A stretch of 64,000 nt of DNA from Octopus vulgaris (taxonomy: Eukaryota), in NCBI GenBank assembly GCA_951406725.2, contig OX597828.1, positions 3,348,001 through 3,412,000 of the forward strand, written 5' to 3'. Each line of letters starts with the position of its first letter. The first letter of the stretch is position 1. The position numbers were made by a program, and so were the translations under genes. Below, one piece after another: positions 56,005 through 64,000 of the stretch. Under the pieces are notes generated by a model. The model saw only the letters and a list, made by a program, of their open reading frames with translations. It ran no database searches and was not told where the DNA came from.

Positions 56005-56527
56005 ATACTAACAATCATGAATGATTGAATATTGAATTTTGAGATACTAGAAGGCACCAACTCAACTCAGTATCAGAGCGAGCTAGAAGCCACAGCTAGT
56101 ATCACCAAATTCAAAGAATGAATGAACGCTTGTGTCATCAGTCCCTATAATCTATTTGACTGCTATTTCTAAATTCGGTGTGTGGTAAGGCAATTCGTTG
56201 CTAAACCCTTAATTGCTTAGTATTACTTAAATTTTCCTCGAATGAGGCTTTTACATGCCGAAGACTACTTGGTGTAATTGATAATTGTTCCAAATTAATT
56301 AATTTCACCCTTCATTGTTACTCATAAACCATATTCATCCCAGTAAATGACCACGGCACTTTGTCTTGGCTACACGCGGGTGGGAAGGGACTGATGACAC
56401 AAGCGTTCATTTATTCTTTGAATTTGGTGATACTAGCTGTGGCTTCTAGCTCGCTCTGATACTGAGTTGAGTTGGTGCCTTCTAGTATCTCAAAATTCAA
56501 TATTCAATCATTCATGATTATTAGTAT

Positions 56528-56625
56528 CCTGCGCTGATGAAAGAAGAAGTCTGGGTAAAGTAGAGTTATCTAATTCTAATTCTTATGCTTTCCTAAGATT
56601 TGATCTCGAAACGTACGTCCGTAGG
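56528..56625 (+). ncRNA. Type I hammerhead ribozyme, copy 3 (inverted block)
   Basis: Stem I CCTGCG 56528-33 / CGTAGG 56620-25; CTGATGA 56534-40; GAAA 56608-11; CGTACG 56612-17; GUC ending 56619. Confidence 0.82.
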
Positions 56626-56918
56626 TGACTTAAAACTGTATGATAGATTGCCGTTAATTCATTCTCTTTTACCTGTTTGTGTTTGCCTTTCAAATGCTGT
56701 GCCTTTACTGTGATCTCCTTTTAGTAGAAGAAATAGCTATAATCTATTTGACTGCTATTTCTAAATTCGGTGTGTGGTAAGGCAATTCGTTGCTAAACCC
56801 TTAATTGCTTAGTATTACTTAAATTTTCCTCGAATGAGGCTTTTACATGCCGAAGACTACTTGGTGTAATTGATAATTGTTCCAAATTAATTAATTTCAC
56901 CCTTCATTGTTACTCATA

Positions 56919-56950
<32 letters not shown>

Positions 56951-56953
<3 letters not shown>

Positions 56954-57167
56954 TGTGTGTTTGTGTGTCTGTGTTTGTACCCCTAGCATTGCTTAACAAC
57001 CGATGCTGGTGTGTTTATGTTGCCGTTACTTAGCGGTTCGGCAAAAGAGACCGATAGAATAAGTACTGGGCTTACAAAGGAATACCCGGGGTCGAGTTGC
57101 TCGATTAAAGGCGGTGCTCCAGCATGGCCGCAGTCAAATGACTGAAACATGTAAAAGAGTAAAGAGT
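56951..57167 (+). mobile_element. SINE family A, 3' half
   Basis: Continues the SINE begun at 54917; ends ggcggtgctccagcatggccgcagtcaaatgactgaaac...aaagagt. Confidence 0.93.
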
Positions 57168-57213
57168 AATATATATATATATATACATATATATGTATAT
57201 ATGTATGTGTGTA

Positions 57214-57244
<31 letters not shown>

Positions 57245-57253
57245 ACGTGTGTG

Positions 57254-57530
57254 TACAGTGTGCGATGGGTAAATTGTCGCCATTTTATATTTTTTATTTC
57301 ACGCATGCGCATTGTTTGTTTTTGATTTTTGTCGACTACACAGTATAGTACGGTCAGTTAGACACTGTTTGTGAGTAAAACAGCGCCATGACGCAATTCA
57401 CTCTGCCAGAAATTTGGAAACGATATGATATACGGTTTGGCATTCGCACCGGAAGCTCTAATACAAACATTCCAAAGTGTTTCGGTGTCAATCTGAGGAC
57501 AGTGCAATCTGAGGACATGTACCACAAAAC
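57254..57530 (+). mobile_element. 5' fragment of the Tc1/mariner family seen at 45154-45949
   Basis: tacagtgtgcgatgggtaaattgtcgcc...gtcgactacac...ctctgccagaaatttggaaacga aligns with the reverse complement of 45740-45949. Confidence 0.8.
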
Positions 57531-58197
57531 CTTAGACTCAACACGGAAGCCTTCATTAAGTGACTGGGAATTTTATCAAAAGCTTTTCGGTAATCGATTC
57601 AGGCCATACTTAGACCCCTTCTGTTTCTGCGGCTGACTTCAGCTCACTGCTTTGTTTCGCCATTGCTATCAATGTAAAAATAGTATTGTTTTATCTAAAA
57701 TGGAGCTTATGTGCAACACTGGTTGTTTACCTTTCAAATAATCATATCCGCTTCACAAAAATAACGACAGTATCCTACTGGCAATGGCAATTTGTTAAAT
57801 TGATCTTGTTTACTTACAAAGAATAGAGTAATATTCCAGATAGGTGCATTGACCGTGGTTCAATATACTTCTCCCGTTTACTCGCAAAGAAAACATAGTG
57901 GTACTCCAGATAGGCGTGTAATCTGTTTATTCCAACTGTAAAACTAAAGACTATAATAATAACATAAACAAAAAATGGAGACATTTTGTGAATGTTCTCA
58001 CGAGTTCCAGAACTTTGAATTCTATTGGCTAGCGATCTCCATATCAGGCACACCAGGAACATGCATCACAATCATATGTGCGCGACATGGTGACCTCATA
58101 TGAAGATTACTTGCAGGTGGGGCCCAGTTAGAATTTTCTTCAGGTCGAGTAACCCATCTTGCTCAATAGGTCCCTGAATAAAGGTTGTTCAAGGTTA

Positions 58198-58198
58198 C

Positions 58199-58277
<79 letters not shown>

Positions 58278-59105
58278 TTCTCCTTATCACAGTTTTTGTT
58301 GGAGCTCCTAGTGACTTGCATGTGTAGAGGGCTTACTGCCTGTAGCCTACGGTACCATGCCATTCGTTCTTTTCAGCTATGTAATAATTTCCTGATTATT
58401 CTGGCCGTGTCAAAGAGGCAAAACTTTTGTAACAGTTCAACTGGGCACTCTATTCCAATTTCCGTTGTATTCCTCTTTGATGCCTTCTGATACTGTTCTC
58501 AAGTCCCCAACAATATTTGGCACTATCTTCACCATTTTCCATAGCCGGGATATTTCGTACTTAAGAGGATTGTATCTATTTATCTTTTGTTCTTCCTTCT
58601 TGCCTATTCGTGGGTCAAAGGGGTATGCAATATCAACAATATAACATATGCGGTGCATCTTGTCCACTACCACTAGGTCCAGTCTGTTATGCTCTAACAC
58701 CTGATCTATTTGGATTGGGAAATCACAGTGGATTTTGCTAGTCTCCGACTCTGCCACTCTATACGGTCTGTGCTCACACCATGTCACGCCTTTGTTTAGC
58801 CTCCGCTTTTCGTATAGTTTCCAATGCAGCACTTTCACTACCTGGTCGTGTAGCCACAACTTGTAGTGGTTTTGGGCAAGTCTAGGGCATTCGTTCGTGA
58901 TATGTGCAATGGTTTCATCCACTCTATTGCAGACGCGACATAGCCGAAGCACTTGCTCATTCCTAAGGTTAAACCTCTTTTCGTGGCCAAGGCTTGGTCC
59001 TGCGCTGCCAGTATAGTGTTTTCGGTTTCCTTTATTAGGGTTCTTTTCATCAGCCAAACACCTTTTTTCTTTTTTATCTTTGTATGCTATGCACATGTCC
59101 ATTCC
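58198..59105 (-). mobile_element. 3' part of an RLE-type LINE (R4/Dong-like) with (TAA)n tail
   Basis: KETENTILAAQDQAL, CRVCNRVDETIAHITNEC zinc knuckle, HDQV, HNRLDLVVVDK...DIAYP...KEEQKINRY (restriction-like endonuclease); (TTA)n 58198-58277. Confidence 0.88.
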
Positions 59106-59375
59106 TTTGCAGTTTATACTGTGTATATATTATTAAAATTTTGTTTTATCATTTCATTATTATATGTAAACCACCACACCTAATGTCTATTTCTGTATTG
59201 TCCTCTCTCATCCTTCGGCCTTGTGGCAAATAAATGAAATCATTATTTTGGTCTTTTACAACAATTTCCGGTCTATTAGCTTTGGTGGTTCTGTTTGTAT
59301 GTACAGGAAAGTCGTTACGTTTTCAATCCCAGTTATAGATTCAGGTTAATGTTTATAACAGTTTTGAATTTATTA

Positions 59376-59770
59376 GGTGGTGAGCTGGCAGAATCGTTAG
59401 CACTCTGGACGAAATGCTTAGCGGCATTTCGCCCCTTGCTACGTTCTGAATTCAAATTCCGCCGAAGTCGATTTCGCTCTTCGTACTTTCGGAGTAGATA
59501 AATTAAATACCAGTCGAGATTGGGGTCGATGTAATCGACTTGTCCCCTCCCCACAAAATTTAGGCTTTGTGCCTTCTGTAGAAAGAATTATTATTATTAT
59601 TATTAATCGTTAATACGCCGGGCGAAATGCTTAGCGGTTTTTCGTCTGCTGTTACGTTCACAGTTCTAATTTCGCCGAGGTCGACTGTGCCCTTCAACCT
59701 TTCGGGGGCATAAATTAAGTGCCAGTGAAACACTCCATCAGATTTCAGGCCTTGTACCTACAACAGAAAG
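59376..59770 (+). mobile_element. SINE family B, two copies
   Basis: ggtgagctggcagaatcgttagcac head and repeated body. Confidence 0.82.
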
Positions 59771-59838
59771 GATTATTATTAATATAGTAGAAAGGATGAT
59801 TATTATTATTATCATTATTATTATTATTATCAATAATG

Positions 59839-59884
<46 letters not shown>

Positions 59885-59889
59885 CTGGT

Positions 59890-59994
59890 CAAGGTGCCAC
59901 ACAATGGCATCTTGGGCAAGTGTCGTCTACTTTAGCCTTGGGCCGATCAAAGCCTTCTGAGTGGATTCAGTTGACGGAAACTAAAAGAAGCTCG

Positions 59995-60055
<61 letters not shown>

Positions 60056-60170
60056 TGTGTGTACACGTGTGTGTGTGTGTTTGTGTATATGTGGCCTAGC
60101 TAGGGCACCACATGGTGTCCTGACTTGGCCGAAGTTTAATATACCGAAACATGTAAAAGATAAAAGATTT
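59890..60170 (+). mobile_element. SINE family A fragment
   Basis: cttgggcaagtgtcgtctactttagccttgggccgatcaaagcc body and degenerate tail. Confidence 0.72.
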
Positions 60171-60172
60171 AA

Positions 60173-60219
<47 letters not shown>

Positions 60220-61100
60220 TTCGCTGTACATTGTATATACTGTATACACCCACTAGCAGATATTCAAGTTTATATATGCATTTATTTAATTCAATCTGCC
60301 ATATATACCTCTAGAAATATGGGCTTGTGCTTGAACAAAGTTCTTTAATTTGATTTTGTTTCCAGTAAAACAAATAACTATGTTTTGCGAAATAAAGTAA
60401 TCGTTATCAATAAAATCTGTATGAAACAAAATACTTTCTCTCTTTTCTCTAGAAGTTTCAAATCTTCAGGCAACATTTGTTTATCTTGCCAACTGAAAAA
60501 AACAAAAGATGATCTCTTGGTGTCAAATAATATTCAATATAGTGTTAGGATTTTTATATAAAGAATTAACAAAACACCTAATACATTTGGCTAAATACAA
60601 TACTGTAATTCAACATTAGTATGAAAATGAGATCTTGTCGTGTTACTGATTTACCCAAGAGAGAAACTGTATATTATTATTTATTAATTATTTTTATTGT
60701 ATGTACACATATTTTGTGAATGTTAGTGTCATTAGTTATATATAGTTACAAACGAGTCAATTAACGGTTCACTGCATTTAACATGGAACTAGTTACAGGG
60801 AAAGTATCTGCACAACTTTCCTGGAACAATTAGCATAAGGTTTTTTTGAAGCACTGACGAAAGTGGTTTCAGAGTCCAGACAGAAACCAACAATACGTTT
60901 AAGGAAACATTGTGTGGGAGTGTGTGTGTATGTATATATATATTTCGTTTTTGGATTTGGTTTGCAAGATTCTTTATATGAGTTCGTGTGTTGAAGCATA
61001 TTCTGTTGTGTCTGGGTAGAGTCATTCTCTTTTAGTGCCTTATTATTTAACACACTCACAGGTAAAATTTCCACTTATTTCTTATTTTCATTTTCTAAAA

Positions 61101-61181
61101 TTTTCGTTGCGTCTTGCAACCTTTTCAATAGTCTTGACAGAGAGTCAAGACTATTGAAAAGGTTGCAAGACGCAACGAAAA
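61101..61181. repeat. Perfect 38-bp-arm hairpin palindrome, 5-nt loop
   Basis: ttttcgttgcgtcttgcaaccttttcaatagtcttgac-agaga-gtcaagactattgaaaaggttgcaagacgcaacgaaaa. Confidence 0.97.
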
Positions 61182-61207
61182 GAGAATGAATCTCCCCAGA
61201 CACAACA

Positions 61208-61248
<41 letters not shown>

Positions 61249-61341
61249 TAAAAACGGTAAGATAACAAAAAAAAAAAAAAGAAAAAGAAAGAGACCTCGA
61301 TATTATGTAAATAGAGGAAATTTATCTGCAAAATAATGTGA

Positions 61342-61465
61342 CAATAGCCAAGATAAAACTCTGAGTTTCGGATGCCGAGGTGGAAATCCACAACACCATC
61401 TCTTCGGTTATCTACCCATCTTTCCACCTCGGCATCCGAAACTCAGAGTTTTATCTTGGCTATTG
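61342..61465. repeat. 45-bp perfect inverted repeat (61342-61386 / 61421-61465)
   Basis: caatagccaagataaaactctgagtttcggatgccgaggtggaaa and its reverse complement. Confidence 0.95.
61351..61413 (-). ncRNA. Type I hammerhead motif with U4-to-C core change
   Basis: AGATAA-CCGAAGA-GATG..GTGGATTTCCAC..CATC-C-GAAA-CTCAGAG-TT-TTATCT; 6-bp stem I. Confidence 0.65.
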
Positions 61466-61481
61466 AATAATTGTCACAAAT

Positions 61482-61571
<90 letters not shown>

Positions 61572-62019
61572 ACACACACAGACACACACACACACATATA
61601 TATATTTGTCGAACCGCTTAATAATTGGTTTTCAATTCGTTATGTATTTGTTTTTTGTTTGTTTTGCATCTGATTTTTTGTTATTGATCTTCTATAAAAA
61701 TGAAACAATATCCATTTCTATCTATGAAGACCAAGAAGAAAACATGCCCGAATAAGTTGTGTAAAATCACTCGAGGAGACACATCTACACCGACGGATAC
61801 ACACGTACCATCTACCATGGATCCCTCGCGGATGGGTCGAGACGATTGTAGGGATCAATAAAGTTAGTTTCTCGTGTCTTCCACTCTCCGCCTCTCACAT
61901 TATACACACACACACGCATACATATATACATACACATGTACATATATCTGCTTACACACATATATACATATATACATATACATACATATATACATATACA
62001 TACATATATACATATATTG

Positions 62020-62130
62020 TTTATCTTGTTTCAGTCATTAGACAGCAGCCATGCCGAATTTAGTCGAACGCATCTGCCCCACCACATATTTTGTTTAAGC
62101 TTGATACTTATTCTATCGGTTCTTTTGTCG
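62020..62130 (-). mobile_element. SINE family A tail fragment
   Basis: ttgtttcagtcattagacagcagccatg...tacttattctatcggt. Confidence 0.7.
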
Positions 62131-62169
62131 AATTATAAATACATACATATACAAATCTGTTATTGATAT

Positions 62170-63050
62170 CATATGAAGCACGTATTGTGACACTGGAGCA
62201 TCTCCTCCAGGGGAAATAGATAAGTAATTATCTTGCCCAGGTTTGTGACCATGAAATTAACAACATACTTATTATAGTTAATGAACTTGAAGAGCGGTAT
62301 CAAATAAAAGCGGATAAAAAGCATCAGCAAAATCTATTTATCACAGTACCAGTTCAAGTAAACAAAACCATAGAAGGGATTGATTATGTCAAAGCTTGGT
62401 AAAGTGTACCGATAAGTTTATGACATTCCATTTGGAAAGATGTTTCCATGCAATTCAAGAACGAGATCCACTAAGTACCAGCAAAAAGGTAGAAAATATT
62501 GACAGACAGGAAATGAAGATACCAACCAAATTATTGTCAACTGTGAGAGGACATTTTCCATATATTATCTTCCCATGAGGCATGATGAGGTAACCAGGAC
62601 AGGAAGGTGATAACGGAAAGGGAATACCTAAAGACGAAGTCAAATATATTGAGACCGATGGGTCAAGAGAATATTGGTGGAAATTGAAAATTAAAACAGT
62701 CGCCAAGTCAAAACACAACCGACTATATATTGTGTGAATGACAAGGAAAAAGAGTTATGTTCTGTTGTGGAAGTCAGCTGCCCTCTGAACACGAATGTAG
62801 TTACTAGATTACAAGAGAAAGAGGACATCAATGGACAATTGAAAGAGAGTTTGCAAATCCAGTACCCAAGATACACTGCAAGCTTCATAACTGCTATTAT
62901 TGCAGCAAAAAGATACATACAAACCCATGTTGAGCAAAGATTAGCTGAACTTGGGTTCTTGGGGAGAGAGCGCAAATCCTACAAATAATCATGATATCAA
63001 TGACAATAGAAAAAAACAGCAAGACCTTCTTAAGTTTTAAAGAATAATGG
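62170..63050 (+). mobile_element. Decayed RLE-type LINE 3' region
   Basis: EYWWKLKIKTVAKSKHNR...DKEKELCSVVEVSCPLNTNV...EKEDINGQL...LQIQYPRY, a restriction-like endonuclease domain pattern. Confidence 0.7.
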
Positions 63051-63164
63051 ACGAACCAAGATGCTTTCATTTATAACCTTACTATCAAGCAGCTGGGTGG
63101 TCAAAATTTATTCCAAATTAAAAGAGCACACCCCATTCACATATATGTATATATATATATACGA

Positions 63165-63332
63165 AAAGTGACAAGCTTCTTTCAATTTTCGTTTACCAAA
63201 TACACTCACAAGTTTTGGGTCGGCCTGAGGCAATAGTAGTAGATATTTTCCCACAATGCCATGCAGTGGGACTGAATGCGAAACACTACGCTTGCACAAG
63301 CAACTTCTTATCATACAGTCATACCTGCGCAT
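63165..63332 (-). mobile_element. SINE family A head, degenerate
   Basis: cttctttcaattttcgtttaccaaatacactcacaag...gcagtgggactgaa...cagtcatacctgcgc. Confidence 0.8.
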
Positions 63333-63719
63333 CTATATATATACATATGATTTTGTGTGCAGTTATGTCGTTGAATGTATATTGACGCAAAAGATACAGA
63401 CACATATACATACCTAGATACATACATATGCAAAAATGCACACCCACCAACATGCGCACACACATATATCCAAGCACGACAGACTTCTGCATAGTTTTCG
63501 ATTTTCAGATTCCACTCTTAAGGAAATTGGTTAACCTAAAGTTATAGTAAAAATCACATCACTATCCAAATCACTATTTCAAAGAGGCTTGAAATCGAAA
63601 CGAACAAATTGAGAAGCAACTTGTTTAACCATTTTCACGTTAAATAATGCAATGTTCTGTGTATGATAGAATACGTAGAATTTAGTGGAATGAAATGCAA
63701 AGCGGTATCGATACAATTG

Positions 63720-64000
63720 AGGCGGCGAGCTGGCAGAATCGTTAGCACGCCGGGCGAAATGCTTGGCGGTATTTCCTCTGCCGCTACGTTCTGAGTTCAA
63801 ATTCCGCCGAGGTCGACGTTGCCTTTTATCCTTTCGGGATCGATAAATTAAGTACCAGTTATGCACTGGAGTCGATATAATCGACTTAATCGCTTTGTCT
63901 GTCCTTGTTTGTCCCCTCTATGTTTAGCCCCTTATGGGTAGTAAAGAAATAGGTATTTCGTCTGCCGCTACGTTCTGAGTTCAAATTCCGCCGAGGTCGG
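63720..64000 (+). mobile_element. SINE family B, start of another tandem array
   Basis: Head ggcggcgagctggcagaatcg; the body restarts at ggtatttcgtctgccg near 63951 and runs off the window. Confidence 0.9.

Larger units (their letters stand above)
55124..56921. mobile_element. Hammerhead-bearing tandem + inverted repeat array (593-bp unit); candidate retrozyme / non-autonomous Penelope-like element
   Basis: Unit 1 55124-55716, partial unit 2 55717-56146, inverted block 56145-56921; no ORF >=60 aa in the track; (TA)n on both sides. Confidence 0.88.

Noticed and set aside
56236-56275. Second hammerhead-like motif in the unit (CGAATGA-GGC..GCC-GAAG), and CTGATGA at 56391
   Set aside because: Core is non-canonical with no stem I, and the CTGATGA has no matching GAAA
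60850-60905. CTGACGA followed by a TGGTTTC/GAAACCA hairpin
   Set aside because: GAAA after stem II reads AATA and stem I does not pair; at best a dead relic

Overview
AT-rich, microsatellite-saturated eukaryotic non-coding DNA. The SINE families and repeat landscape resemble coleoid cephalopod (Octopus-like) genomes; this is inference from memory, not a database match. No host protein-coding exon could be identified, and nearly all ORFs in the track are microsatellite read-through or decayed transposon fragments. The window holds a 5'-truncated CR1-type LINE (APE + RT, 30.7-33.5 kb), RTE, L1/Tx1 and RLE-type (R4/NeSL-like) LINE remnants, several Tc1/mariner relics, a hAT-type MITE, a non-autonomous Helitron and about 25 tRNA-derived SINE copies. 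The most notable structure is a 1.8-kb non-coding array (55124-56921) of near-identical 593-bp units in tandem and inverted orientation. It carries three copies of a type I hammerhead ribozyme motif and sits inside the (TA)n tract of a SINE, i.e. a candidate retrozyme or non-autonomous Penelope-like element. Four further unrelated hammerhead motifs plus one half-motif occur elsewhere, one of them fused behind a tRNA-derived SINE head.
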